From the human T2T-CHM13v2.0 reference genome, Homo sapiens, in assembly GCF_009914755.1 (NCBI RefSeq), contig NC_060939.1: DNA of 64,000 bases; one strand, given 5' to 3'. Made by a program: the position numbers and the translations under genes. The notes beneath the pieces were generated by a model that was not told where the DNA came from, did not search any database, and saw nothing but the letters and a program-made list of their open reading frames with translations. Shown in pieces: positions 16,484-31,000 of the stretch. Numbering within the stretch: position 1 is the first letter of the stretch; every line of letters starts with the position of its first letter.

Positions 16484-16969
16484 GGTGCCTTTAACATTTT
16501 TGACCTTAACCCAGTAAGAAATACTTTTGTGCGTGACCCAGTACCCACACACCCACATAACTGAAACAAAACTTTTAAAAATGAACAGCCCTGTTCATCT
16601 ATTAGGAATAATTCCTAAAACAGTGTTATAGGAATACTGCTATCTGGAAGAAGCAATATTAAGAGTAGTGTGTACTAGGCATTTTTCAAGGAGCTCTATA
16701 ACATTTATTGATAAGATTCTGCTACCACTCTTGAGATGAGTACTACTTTTATTCCATTTTAGAGATTCAGAAAATGATGCTTAGAGAGGTTAAGAACTTC
16801 TCAAGATAAGCGGTAGAACTGTCAGTAGAACTGTTACCTTTTACTATGTTAAGATGTGCTTCAAAATTTCTATTTCCTTAAGTATTTTTCATTTTTTAAA
16901 ATATCGCTCAGTTTAAATGATTTTAACAATCCACTACTGTAATTATGACCCACAGGTTGGGAAACACTG
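16484..16969. mobile_element. hAT MITE (MER113-like), split by a ~240-bp insertion
   Basis: cagtaagaaatac...gacccagtac...aactgaaacaaaa, then ttacctttactatg...tgacccacaggttgggaaacactg. Confidence 0.55.
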
Positions 16970-17450
16970 CTCTAAATTAATCACTCCTTTTTTTTCCCTC
17001 AGATTAGAAAACAGGCTTTTGAAATTTAGAGCTTATTTCTCAGATCAGTTTAACCTTCCTAGGAAATTACTTGTTACTGATGCATAAGAAAAAATTGTTA
17101 CATAAAGTTAGCTTCTATCATCTTTGTTAATTAGCATGGCTCCCTTCTTTTCATTTCTCTTCTCCTTCCTTAAAATTTTCTCTTTTTTTCATCTTTAGTC
17201 CTGTGTGGCACATATTAGGAATAGCCAAATTTATTTCTGGAGTATATTTAGATATACATCAGTTACACACGGATATTTCTTGGGTTTTGCCCATATGTCT
17301 ATTGGTTTGCACTTGCCACAAGAAGTACAGATTTCAGCCAACCATCTGCTATGCTTGTGAAACCATCAAAACCCAACCTTCCCTCAAATATTGGAATCCT
17401 GTGATTTTTTTTTCAAATGTAGTAAATTTCATGTTTAAAATGCATAATAG

Positions 17451-17585
17451 GGCTGGGTGCAGTGGCTCATGCCTGTAATCCCCACACTTTGGGAGGCCAA
17501 AATGGGAGAATTGCTTGAGGCCAGGAGTTCAAGACCAGCCTGGTCAACATAGACCCCATCTCCATTAAAATAATAATAATAATAT
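17451..17585 (+). mobile_element. Alu left monomer (FLAM-like)
   Basis: Monomer with (TAA)n tail; TSD taaaatgcataa. Confidence 0.8.
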
Positions 17586-17734
17586 AAAATGCATAACGAT
17601 AAGCATCATTTGTCATGCCCACACATTTAAGCAAAAAATTATGCTGAAAATAAAATTATGATGCTTGTTGAAGCACTAATAGAACTTTAATAGACTGATT
17701 TAGTTTGTTTTGATTTTTTTCTTATTAAATTAAG

Positions 17735-17944
17735 AACTACAAGCAGCTGTCGAAGAGATACTGCCAAGCCTTAAAAAAGATGATGTGTCCATCTATTATG
17801 TGAGCAGAACTTCTAACACAGATGGGATTGACTCTTTCCTGGACAAAGTGGATGAAGTATCAACTGAACCTATCCCAGAGTCATGGAGGTCTGAAGTCAC
17901 TTTTTCCACTCCTGCCTTATACATTTATACTTCTGGAACCACAG
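17735..17944 (+). CDS. SLC27A2: SLC27A2 exon 2 (first part of AMP-binding motif YIYTSGTTG)
   Basis: ttaag|AACTACAA acceptor; [12 protein letters not shown]...[10 protein letters not shown]; donor CAG|gtaaaa; 210 nt, phase 1-1. Confidence 0.96.
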
Positions 17945-19466
17945 GTAAAAATAAAGGGGGGATTCTCCAAAAAAATTAATCTGAAGGAGTTAAATGTTGA
18001 CACAGGTTTTCAAATCTCTTTCTTTGGCAAAACGTATTGGGTAACTAATACTTCAGGAGATTTAGTTATTTGCCTGCGGAAACTGATCTTATTTCATAGC
18101 ATGTGATCCCATTTGGGTTTCTCCAAGCTATGCATATTTTCCGCCAGTTGGTATAGAACAGATAAAGAGGTTAACCAAGAACTACAGAAGTAGTTATGAT
18201 GATGAATGAGATTTGGCACTGAATGGGTAGTTGGAATTTTTTTTCATGCTTGTTGTATTTTGATTATATTACATCCAGAGTCCATATAGACTGTATAATT
18301 GATTATAAATGGAACACAGGAGAAGACCAGTGAACAATGAGGAGGTTCTATTTATATAAATGTTTTAACCGTTATCTTCCCATGCAACACTGATTTGGAG
18401 CTGTTTGGTGCTGTGGATGTGGGGTGGCTGTAGCATAAGACCTAAAATACTGTATTTCATCAAATCTAGGATGCCTTCAACTGTAAGCTGCCCCATTATG
18501 AGCCACTAAGAAGAAACACTGCCAATTAACAATGTTATGGGAACACTGCTGTATGGAAGAAGCAATATTAAGGGTAGCATGTGTACTAGGCATTCTTCAA
18601 GGAGCTTTACAACATTTGTTGATAAGATTCTGCCCCCACTCTTGACATCGGTACTCTTTTTACTTCCATTTTAGAGATTCAGAAAATGATGCTTAGAGAG
18701 GTTAAGAACTTCCCAAGGTAAGCATTAGAACTGTCAGGATTCACCTTGCAGGCTGATTCCACAGCTCATACAATTGACAGCTCTACCCCAGTACCTTCTT
18801 GTTTATTCGTGTGATAGATATTTAGTGTCTGCCTACTACAGGCCAGGAAGACCAAAATGTAATAATATGAAGCCTGAGGGATATATTTAAAAGAAGGACA
18901 GGAAGACAGCCCCAGCATGCCAATTATTATTATTAATATTGGAAAATTGAATCTATGAGTCTTTTACCTCTGTTGATTAAAATTTTAATTTAATTTAAGC
19001 AGGTAATACAGGTCTTCTCCTTGTTAAATAATCAATAGACCAGGATAAAATTTCCTTGAGCCTTTTATCTCAGCTGCAGCTGACAGGAACTGTCTCCTTC
19101 ACCTCGACAGGCCCTCAGCACCCACCTGAGCTCACAGTTCCTGGACCTGAGTTTAACCTGATTGTTGACTTCACTTCATACAGTCACTTTTGCTAAGTAT
19201 TTAAGTAAATGAGAGGAAGCCAGGAATGACATATTAAAGCTGGTGCCCAAAACATAATGTCTATCTTTTTTTTTTTTATTTTTATTGCCAGGCCAACAGA
19301 AAGGTGAGATGGCACAATTAACCAATTGCTTCTGCTGCATGCAGACACTCCCTTAACATATGGGACTTTTATCATCATTTCTTAATAGAATGGTAAAATT
19401 AAATTGTAAATGTTTATAACTTTGTTACAATGCATGTTTTCACAGTCAAATAGAAAACCCCTTTTA

Positions 19467-20695
19467 TTGGGAGGCCGAGGCAGGCAGATCACGAGGTCAG
19501 GAGATCAAGACCATGCTGGCTAACATGGTGAAACCCCATCTCTACTAAAAGTACAAAAAATTAGCCAGGTGTGGTAGCGGGCACCTGTAGTCCCAGCTAC
19601 TCAGGAGGCTGAGGCAGGAGAATGGCATGCATGAACCAGGGAGGCGGAGCTTGCAGTGAGCCGAGATTGCGCCACTGCACTCCAGCCTGGGCGACAGAGC
19701 GAGACTCTGTCTTAAAAAAAAAAAAAAAGAAAGAAAAAAAAAGAAAACCCCTTTTAGGGAGAAAAAAGAGAATGAGCATCCTCTGATTTAATCTCGTAAG
19801 TCAGAATTTATATTTAATTGGAAGACAATTAGAAGGGTGTTTATTTTACTTTTTTCATTTTCTCTGAATCAAATATTTGCTAGGCCAAGCACAGTGGCTC
19901 ACATCTACAATCTCAGAACTTTGGGAGGCCAAGGCAGGAGGATTACTTGAGCCCAGGAGTTTGAGACCAGGCTGGGCAACATAGCGAGACCACATCTTTA
20001 CAAAAACATTAAAAAATTAGCTGGCATAGTGGTACACCTTGTAGTCCTAGCTACTTGGGAGACTGAGGTGGGAGGATCACTTGAGCCCAGGAGTCTGAGG
20101 CTACAGTGACGTGCCACTACACCCCATGCTGGGTGACAGAGCAAGGCACTGTCTGTAGAAAAAAAATAGTGCTAAGTTACTCTTGTAAACATTAATTAAA
20201 AGAATTTGTTTAAACAGTTGGAGAATAAATGTTCCTGCTCCTCAAAGGAAGTCATTAGCACAAAATTATATAATAGTTACCAGATATTCTCATTTATTCA
20301 TTAATACAAAATCTTAATTTAGGAAAGTTCTGAAAGTACTTCAAGGCAACAAAGATGAGCATTTCTTTTTAAAAATTTCAGAGGCCAGGCATGATGGCTC
20401 ATATCTATAATCTCAACACTTTGGGGCCAAGATGGGAGGCTCACTTGAAGCCAAGAGTTCAACATCAGTCTGGGCAATAAAGCAAGACCTTGTCTCTACA
20501 AAAAATATAAATAAACAGCCAGGCATGGTGGTGCACACCTGTGGTCCCAGATACCTGGGGGGCTGAGACAGGAGGATCACTTGACCTGAGGCTGTGGTGA
20601 GCCTTGAACACCACTACACTCCAGCCTGGCAACAGAGTGAAAGCCTATCTCAAAAATAATAATAATAATAATAATACATAAAACAAAACAAAAAA
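19467..20695 (+). mobile_element. Three sense Alus (19467-19742 truncated AluY-like; 19883-20165 and 20383-20695 J-like)
   Basis: Three Alu copies read directly; first has TSD agaaaacccctttta. Confidence 0.88.
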
Positions 20696-21236
20696 CTGGG
20701 CCATTGTCAAAGAAAATGAATTTTGAATTGTGTTTACAATAATGGTAGGTTGCTAGCCATATTTGTCTGCCTTGTAACAAGTTGCTGCTATTTGGGCACT
20801 ATCTGGTGAAGGTACCACCAAGTATTGAAGAATCTGAGTCAACAGAGATCTGTCTTCCTCTTCACGAAGTCTGTTTACCCACTCAGATCTTAAACTCTTA
20901 GTCCCCTTCCCAGTGACTTCATGCCCTCCCCAATTGAACTGTTCTTCCATGGGAAACAACATAAGCATACACTTACAGAAGAAAATCTTACAAAAAACGT
21001 ATATAAATTATGGTTAAGAAAGTGCAAGCGCATTTAGTCTAATGTACTAAAACTACACTGAGATACGGTTTTTCACCTTTCAGACTGGCAAAGGCCCCAA
21101 CATTTAAGAGCACACATTGACAAGGCTAGGAGGAAACAGGCACACTCATGTATTGCTGATAGGAGAATGAATGGGGACAGCCCTTATAACTGGCAATGTG
21201 GAAGTTATCTATCAAAATTACAAAGACTCTTACTCT

Positions 21237-22087
<851 letters not shown>

Positions 22088-22366
22088 AAGTGTGCATATT
22101 TTTTAATGGAAAAGGCAAGAACATATAAGCAAATGTTCATATTTGCTTTGTTTGTATAAAATAACTCTAGTACGTAAGAAATCTCTCTGACTCTCAGCCT
22201 TCACATCTGTGGATTGGAGAATATAATTCTGTTTATGTCATATATAAACTTGTTATGGATTTTTAAAATGTCTTGCAAAGTGGTAGCCACAGGGCAGAAA
22301 TTCAATGGACAGTCATTCCTCTGTTTCTGTTTCTCTTCAGATTACTACTGTCATAACCATCTAACT

Positions 22367-22584
22367 CAGGAGTTAGCAATCTATGGCTTGTGGGCCAAAT
22401 ACAGCCTCCCACCTGTTTTTGTAAATAAAGTTTTATTGGAACACAGCCACACTCCATTTATGTATGTGTATGGCTGCTTTTGACTACAATAGCAGAGTTC
22501 AGTTGTTGCAACAGAGATTGTATGACCCACAATCCCAAAACATTTACTACCTGGTCCTTTATAGAAAACATTTGTCAACTCCTG
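22367..22584. mobile_element. hAT MITE MER58A-like
   Basis: gggccaaatacagcc...tttgtaaataaagttttattggaacacagccac; TIRs caggagttagcaa / ttgtcaactcctg. Confidence 0.75.
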
Positions 22585-22719
22585 GACTAACTGGTCATGG
22601 CCCTTCCCAGTGCAATTCTCAAAATACAGGGTGATGAATCTTCCTAAGCCAGATCTCTCTCCTACACTGTAAATGCCCAATCTTGGTTAACTCATGCCTT
22701 CTCTTGTATATTTACAAAG

Positions 22720-22878
22720 GTCTTCCAAAAGCAGCCATGATCACTCATCAGCGCATATGGTATGGAACTGGCCTCACTTTTGTAAGCGGATTGAAGGCAG
22801 ATGATGTCATCTATATCACTCTGCCCTTTTACCACAGTGCTGCACTACTGATTGGCATTCACGGATGTATTGTGGCTG
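22720..22878 (+). CDS. SLC27A2: SLC27A2 exon 3 (GLPKAA, second part of AMP-binding motif)
   Basis: acaaag|GTCTTCCAAAA; [12 protein letters not shown]...HGCIVA; donor CTG|gtaagc; 159 nt, phase 1-1. Confidence 0.96.
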
Positions 22879-23129
22879 GTAAGCTTTTTCTACAAAATGT
22901 TGGAGGCGAGTGCACATTTACATTTTCCCAGAAGGAACAGTAATACAAAATTTGGCTACGTTGCTGTCTGCTAGGAACAGTTTTCAATTTTGCATTAACA
23001 ATAAGGCAATTTGAATCACATATTACAAGCAAGCATCTAAAATAATCTGTTTTTCATGCCTGCCTATCTAATAATGTAATGCTATAATTGTTCAGTATAT
23101 CAAGAGACAAACTCCTTTAAAATATTTTA

Positions 23130-23438
<309 letters not shown>

Positions 23439-23905
23439 TTAGGTTATGACACTTGAGTCTTAGATTCTATGTCATGTCATTTCCATCTTTAGAAACTTGC
23501 ATGTTAATCTCCATCAGCTTTAAACTTCTGCAGTTGTGTGCACTCTTCTGTAATCTCCCATTTCCACAGCTTTTCAGCTCTACTAGAAGGAGAGAAGATG
23601 GCAACTCCATCAGAACTTGGCTTGGCTTGGCTTGCCATCTCTTCTGTTTCCTTCTCAGACTTTACTATTCAAATTGGAGTTGCCATCCTCTCTCCTTCCA
23701 GGAGGATTCATGTCACTTGTATACATTACCGCAAAGTTCAATAGCCAACTCTTCCAGGAAGCTATATGTAACTTTCTGACTGAGCTAAATAAACAACTTT
23801 TTCTCTCATGTGGCATTTCATTTTAAATAATCATATATGTATATATAAAAATATATACACATATGTATATACACACACATATATGCGTGTGTGTATATGC
23901 ATGCA

Positions 23906-24250
23906 TGTTATGGATGGATATTTGTGTCCCCCAAAAATGTATATGTTGAAATCCTAACCCCCAATATGATGGTATTAGCAGGTAGGGCCTTTGGGAAGTA
24001 ATTGGGTCATGAGAGTAGTGCCTTCATGAAAGGTAGTGCCCTTATCAGAACAGGAGACAGCCAGCTTCTTTCCTGACTCTGTTCTGTTCCATGTAAGGAC
24101 ACAGGGAGATGATGACCATCCCCAAACCAGGAAAAATGCCCTCACCAGACACCAGACACCTTGATCGGGACTTCCCAGCCTCCAGAACTGCAAGAGATAA
24201 ATGTTGTTTAAGCCACCCATCTGTACTATTTTGTTATAGCAGCTCAAACA
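23906..24250 (+). mobile_element. MaLR LTR (MLT1A-like)
   Basis: tgttatgga...tgttgaaatcctaaccccca...ggacttcccagcctccagaactg...ttgttatagcagc. Confidence 0.75.
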
Positions 24251-24275
24251 CACACACATACACACACACACACAC

Positions 24276-24415
24276 AATCTAAAAATTTGAAATCCAAAAT
24301 GCTCCAAAATCTGTAACTTTTTAAGCACCAGGACACCACAAGTGGAAAATACTACACATAAGTACTTAACACAAACTTTGTTTTATGCACAAAGTTATTT
24401 AAAATATTGCATGAA
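24276..24415. mobile_element. Tigger4/MER46-like fragment
   Basis: gaaatccaaaatgctccaaaatctgtaacttttt...caccacaagtggaaaat. Confidence 0.55.
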
Positions 24416-24416
24416 T

Positions 24417-25005
24417 GGGCCAGGCACAGTGGCTTATGCCTGTAATCCCAGCACTTTGGGAGGTTGAGGTGGGCGAATCACTTGAGGTCAGGAGTTTGAG
24501 ACTAGCCTGGTCAACGTGGCAAAACCCCATCCCTTCTTAAAAAATACAAAAATTAGCCAGGCATGATGGTGTCCACCTGTAATCCCAGCTACTTAGAGGC
24601 TGAGGCACGAGAACCCACAAGGCAGAGGTTGCAGTGAGCCAAGATTTCACCACTGAACTCCAGCCTGGGCAATAGAGTGAGACCCGGGCCAGGTACGGTG
24701 GCTCACGCCTGTAATCTCAGCACTTTGGGAGGCCAAGGGGGACAGATCACGAGGTCAGGAGATTGAGACCATCCTGGCTAACACAGTGAAACCCCTTCTC
24801 TACTAAAAATACAAAAAATTTGCCAGGTGTTGTGGCACGCGCCTGTAATCCCAGCTACTCAGGAGGCTGAGGCAGGAGAATCACTTGAACCTGGGGGGCG
24901 GGTGTTGCAGTGAGTCGAGATGGCACCACTGCACTCCAGCCTGGGTGACAGAGCGAGACTCTGTCTCAAAAAAAGAAAAAAAAATAGAGCAAGACTCTGT
25001 CTCAA
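24417..25005 (+). mobile_element. AluS with a second Alu (24687-24984) inserted into its 3' end
   Basis: TSD aatagagtgagac / aatagagcaagac flanks the second Alu. Confidence 0.85.
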
Positions 25006-25473
25006 ATATATATATATAAAATACATATATATGTATGTGTGTGTGTATATATATAATATATATGTATGTGTGTGTATATATATGTATGTGTGTATATATA
25101 TATACTTGAGACAGAGTCTCACTCTATTTATACATATATTTAGTATATATATAATATAATATATATATATATTGCATGAAATCTCTTTCCCTCTCCCCTC
25201 CCTCCCTCTTAGGACTTCATTTGAATCTCTTACTGCAAGCTAACTTTTATTAAAATGACCTTTGTATGAGTCTTCTCCTCCATAGATTGGAAGCCCCTAT
25301 CGAACAAAACCATGTCTTACTAATTTTTTGCATTTGAATATAAGGTACTCAATACTTGTTTGCAAATATAATTTATTTTTAAATTTCTACCGTTCAAAGT
25401 TGACAAATTAAACATAACTGGGAGAATTTTTTCCACCATTTCTTTCTTGACACTTTCTGTGCTTTCTCTGTAG

Positions 25474-25598
25474 GTGCTACTCTTGCCTTGCGGACTAAAT
25501 TTTCAGCCAGCCAGTTTTGGGATGACTGCAGAAAATACAACGTCACTGTCATTCAGTATATCGGTGAACTGCTTCGGTATTTATGCAACTCACCACAG
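25474..25598 (+). CDS. SLC27A2: SLC27A2 exon 4
   Basis: ctgtag|GTGCTACT; [22 protein letters not shown]...NSPQ; donor CAG|gtaaca. Confidence 0.96.
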
Positions 25599-26325
25599 GT
25601 AACACTCCCCCCGTTTTACTATCATTTTGAAATGGGTAAGATGGAAATTCAAGTCACTTTGGGTTGTGCTAGGCTTCAACTGATTTGCATATATCAGTTT
25701 TGAGTTTAGGATACAATTATCATGATAAAGTACTTGGCACTATACCTACCATATAGAGGGGACTTAGTAGGTGGGAGTTAATATTATTATTATGATGATG
25801 ATTATTTCCTGCCTTTTTACTTGTTTTCACATCTTACTCCCCACCTAGCATATCCTGCATTTCCCCCTCTGCTTACTAAAAGCCATTGTCAAAGCCCAGT
25901 TCAAATGATACCTCATACATTAAACCTATTTGGGTCACTCCAACAAAAGTCATTACTCTTCTCCCCTACGTCATTTTATTTCTACCCTCTGTGGCCCTTG
26001 TCATGTTGCAGGAGTTTGTGTTCATGTCTCCCATCCTTCCTTGGCTGTAATATCTTTGATGGCTGGAACCACATCTTGTCTCCTTGTTTTCTGTTATACC
26101 GAAGGCATACAGGAAACTTTTACTTAATGCTGTTTAACAAATAAATCTCTGTGTGACTTTGAAACCAGCCAGCCAAGTCTGTCACCAAGCTGGGAACAGA
26201 TGCCCCAGGGCATCTCCAATGGCCTTGGATCTGCCCTGTTTGCAGATGTTCAGCTCTCGATGGGGTTGTTCTCAAGAGCTCCTCCTGCCCAGTCCCTCAA
26301 CTCTCATCAGAGATCTGGTATCAGA

Positions 26326-26545
26326 TAGGATTTATCAATGGTGGCACTGCTGACATTTTGGGCTTTTAATTCTTTGCCGCGCGGACTTATTCTGTGCATT
26401 GTAGAGTGTTTAGCACCCTTTGGACTTTGCCCACGAGATGCCAGTAGTAACCTCCCCACCTCCCCAGGTCATGATCATCAAAATGTCTCCAGAAACTGCC
26501 AAATGTCTCTTGGCAGGGAAATGCTAACCTAGTTGAGAACCACTG
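26326..26545. mobile_element. hAT MITE MER20-like
   Basis: ggcactgctgacattttggg...agatgccagtag...aaaatgtctccaga...gttgagaaccactg. Confidence 0.75.
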
Positions 26546-27740
26546 TACTAGACAATGCAGTAAACTCACCAGATTCTAATCCCTTTCACCAGATTCTAGT
26601 TCCTTTATTCAGTCAGTTTAAACTCAAAGGATCACTAAGTTGATAAATTGCTATTGATAAGCACCTGTTGTACTCACCTAACATACCAGCTGCCGTGTGA
26701 CGCAGAAAGAAGTGTCAGATGCTCTTCCCCCAGGTCTCTCTCACCTCACTTTACTCAGTCTCTGCCCAGATGTTGCCTCATTAGAAGACAGGCCTCTTCT
26801 GCTAATAATCAAACATATCATCTGCCCCTCACTCCAGCTTGTCACTGCATTTCATGGCACCTGTCACTCCTGACATAGTAAAGGTTTATGTGATTATTGT
26901 CTGCCCCCCCTCGCCCCAATTAAATGAAAGCCGCATATGAGCAGGGGCTCTGTCCACTACCAGATCTACGGCACCAAGATCTGTAAATGACACATCATAG
27001 GCATCAACAGATTTTGTGGACTGAACCTCTAAATCCTTGCCCCTGAAAAATGTGTAGTTGAGTTGAGGGAGCTAAAATGTTTCCCCAAAATGTTTGGGCT
27101 TAGCACATATTATTCTGATTTTTTGGCATATTCAATAGATTCTCGAGGATCATCATTAGCAGTGAGTTGGGTTAGGGTATTTTCCACAGCAGTTCTGTTC
27201 ATGTCATTATTGAATTTTTTTCACATTAATATTCCACGTGGCCTCCAAGATAGCATGTCTCTCTATTAAAATCCAGAAATCCATATGGGACCCTTCTGCT
27301 GGGCTTTTCTTCTCTACCTTAAAGGCACTCCTTTGTCAGTTAGAAAATCTCCTGGGGAGTGTGTGTTGTTTCTGTATGTTCTAATGGGAGCTTCCTTTGG
27401 ACTGGACGAAAATAAATATGTTTGTGTGTAGCTGTCTTCAGGCCCACACATATCCACATATACACATGCACACATACACACATGCATGCACTCTCCCAGT
27501 TTTTCTCTTACTGTTGTCTCAAATACTGGAAAACAAAGACAATTTCACTGGGGTTTTACAACTTCAAAATATACTATGATTTAATGCATAATCTTGAATG
27601 ACCCCTGGACTTCCTATTTGCCAGTGCTTCCCCACCCCTGAGTTCTGTTTGGAAAATATTTATAAAAAGTATAATAAAAGATCAAAGTTATCTCAAAAAA
27701 AAACCTTCAGTTAAAGATTTTTTTAAATTATAGGTCATCA

Positions 27741-28055
27741 GTCCAGGCACGGTGGCTCATGCCTCTAATCCCAACACTTTGGGAGGTAGAGGTGGGCAGA
27801 TCATTCAAGGTCAGGAGTTCAAGACCAGCCTGGCCAACATGGAGAAACCCAGTCTCTACTAAAAATACAAAAATTAGCGGGGCTTGTTGGCACGTGCCTG
27901 TAATCCCAACTACTCAGGAGGCTGAAGCAGGAGAGTCGCTTGAAAGCAGGAGGCAGATGTTGCTGTGAGCCAAGATTGCACCACTGCACTCAAGCCTGGG
28001 CGACAGAACAAGACCCTGTCTCAAAAAAAAAAAAAAAAGGAAAGAAAGAAAGAAA
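27741..28055 (+). mobile_element. Alu (S-like)
   Basis: Full dimer, A/(GAAA)n tail. Confidence 0.9.
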
Positions 28056-31000
28056 ACAATCATATGTCATTAGACAAGCAGGAGATCTATGCAAATTTTT
28101 TTAAATTTAATCATAGGTCATCATAGGAAGTAGAAAGTACAGATTGTATGGGATGTAGGGAAAGATTATATCAAAAAGACTTTGCAAAAAAAAAAAAAGA
28201 ATTGGATAAAAACTAGAATGAATGGGGGAAGGGCCTGGATCAATGTAATCAGGAACTTCTTCACCCTTAGAGCTGCCTAGAATACGCTGTTGCTGGAGGG
28301 ACTAACCCCACCAGCGACCCCCAAGCACTGGATGCCAGGGAGGCAACCTCTGCCTTAGCAGAACAGCTAAACCAAGTGACACCCATCCACAGACATATAT
28401 GGCCCAGCTCATCAGGAGAATCTGGGGCCAGTGTTGGGAGGTAGAAGCCACTGTGCTTCTCTGCCCTCTTCTTAACCATATTCAGTAGCTTCTCTAGTAG
28501 AGCAGTGGGCTATGGAGAATGCTTCCAGCCCTGCTCAGGTCAGTGGTTCAGATTTGGCCCCAGGTACTTAAAGTAATGCTGAGAGCAAGTACTCTGGAGT
28601 TAGTCGGCCTGCATTCTGACTCTGGCATTGGAGCAGGATAGTTAACCTCTCTAAATCTCAGCTTCCCGTCAGCCAACAAGGAGATAATAGTACCTACCTC
28701 ACATGGGGTCTATGAAGACAACCTGAGATGATATATATAAACCACATAGTAGCTGGAACTTAGTAAATTCTCAACACATGTTGCCATTATTATCATTATC
28801 ACTTTCCATGCCTAACAGTGTGTAGCTCATAATAAGTACCCCATACATATTTGTTGAATGAATCAATGAAAATTCTGCCCACTTACACAAAGGAAGAAAT
28901 AAGGGAAAACATTCTACTTAGTTAATCACTCTCATCTGAGGTTGAGTAGGGGATGGGATAGCAAAGCTACTGACTTAAGTGATTTTTAAAATATTATAGT
29001 GAATATTTTCTATTTTGCCATCTTCCCGCATTGTATTTGGGCCTTTGCTTTCAAAGCGACTGTTTGTAATGAAAGGCCATTCTGATTCATTTCTTGCAGT
29101 GTATGGTTGTCAGCTCCCATTCGGTTTTTGTAGTTGCCTAAAAACAATGTCATCTAGGGAAAGTTATTTATTGGAGCATGATATTGCTAAAGCTCAGTGT
29201 TTCTTTCCTCCAGTTACAGACTGAAGCTACAGTCTGTACTGGACAAGGCTCCAGTACAGGGGTCTCAATGAGGCTTTATGACACCTGCTGGAGTGTGGGA
29301 GGAGGAAGACAGAAAGGGAACCAAAAAAGAGTTCCAGGGGCCACACATAGAACCATGATATTTGGAAGGAGAAATAATATTGGCCAGAACCCTGAAAAAG
29401 CTGAATAGATTCAACTTACCTCTAGTGTTGACTGCGTCCCCCCAGAATTAGATAACCTCTGTGGTCCCTTCTAGCCTAAAATTTCTGTCTCTGCATCAGC
29501 TTCATTCTGTTCAAAAAAGAGAATGGATGGATCTGTTGCAGCACAGAGTGGAGAGTGGCCAATATGACTGGGGCCCAAGACAGAGGGAGGCCAAAAGAAA
29601 GAGGGAAGGGGAGCAGAATCAGGAAGGTTCGCCAGGGAAGGTGGGCTTTGAAGAGTACGGAGAAGTTCTGCAGCCAGGCAAGAAAAGAAGGGCTTCTGGC
29701 TAGCAGGAAAATCACGTGAGCAGTGAGATGAAGGACCCAGCACACTGGGAACTGCAAGCAGTCTGGCAGGAGGTGAAGCTGAGGGGCTGGGTCAGGTGGC
29801 AAGGGCTTTACTCTGCTGAGACTCAAATGTGAACATGACAAGCCATGACTAAAGGGCCTTACATGGAAGAGCAATGTGGGAGATGGCATTTTTAGACAGT
29901 CCTTTTGGCTACGATGTGAGAATACACAGAAGGATGAAGAGCCTCTTCTGTAAAGCAAACAGGTGGAGCCTTGTCCAGGCAGAAGTGTAACATATTAATT
30001 ATTAAGAACAGGGACTCTGGAGTTTTTCTAAGGTGATAAAGACCTTCTTCCCTTTCACCTCTTGGAAGTCACCCCAAAACAAGGCGATGAGAAAAACACA
30101 CACAAGCACCATCATCTCAGAAACTAAGAGACATTGCAACCATGAACTACATAGTATAGGAAGCTAAAAGATAACAGTGACTGACATAGTAGGCTGAGAA
30201 GGGTGAAACTTAAGAGGCAAGTCCCAACAGGAAGGAAGCCAGTTGCCTTCCTGAAGGCTGAGAAATTGCAGGCTTTGAATACAGCTGAAGGTGGGATGAA
30301 GTGTCAGACTTAAAACAGGGGAGTTATTTGAAAATCTGTGTAAGAAGTAAAATACGGAGGACAGGATCATGGCGAGCGGGAGGCAGGACTAGATTGTGGC
30401 TCCAGACAGAGCAGCATGAGAGGCTCACATTGTGAATTTTAGCTCCAGCTTGACTGCAAGAACTAACCAGCAACCCCAAGAGGACCCACAGACCCTCTGA
30501 AAGAAGTGGATTGCTCCTAGAGGACCCGGGAGACACCCCAAATACTGTGATCGCCCCAACTGCAGAAGTGGGAAAGGGAGACCCTCATCTCCCGAACACA
30601 TACTGGAGAAGCTGAAGGTCTGTTTGTAGAACTTCCCGACTTTACCTGGAGCCTCGTCAAGTTAGAGAGCCAAACCGAGCAAAATACAAAGGTAGAGGAA
30701 GCTGCAGAAAGGCCCTGGGAGCTCACTGGCTCCCCTAGCAGCCCATTCCCGCCTGGCACCACAGGGATCCATCAGGAGGGTGGCCAGAGGAGCAGGGGGC
30801 AAAACTCCACAGGGAGAAGGAATTCTCTAGCTAAACTTTGGGATAATTTGAACGGGGCAAGAAGACTCCTGGCCAGAACTCCAGGGAGGGTGTGAATCTG
30901 GCTTGCAGACTCCACAGGCGGAGAAGAACTAAAGCCCTTTCTTTAACAGCTGGGAGGCAGAAAGCCTTGGGCAAGTTTTCAAGCCTGACTCGCCCTCCAC

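Noticed and set aside
26566-26605. ~20-bp tandem duplication (tcaccagattcta...)
   Set aside because: Ordinary slippage micro-duplication with no evident function.
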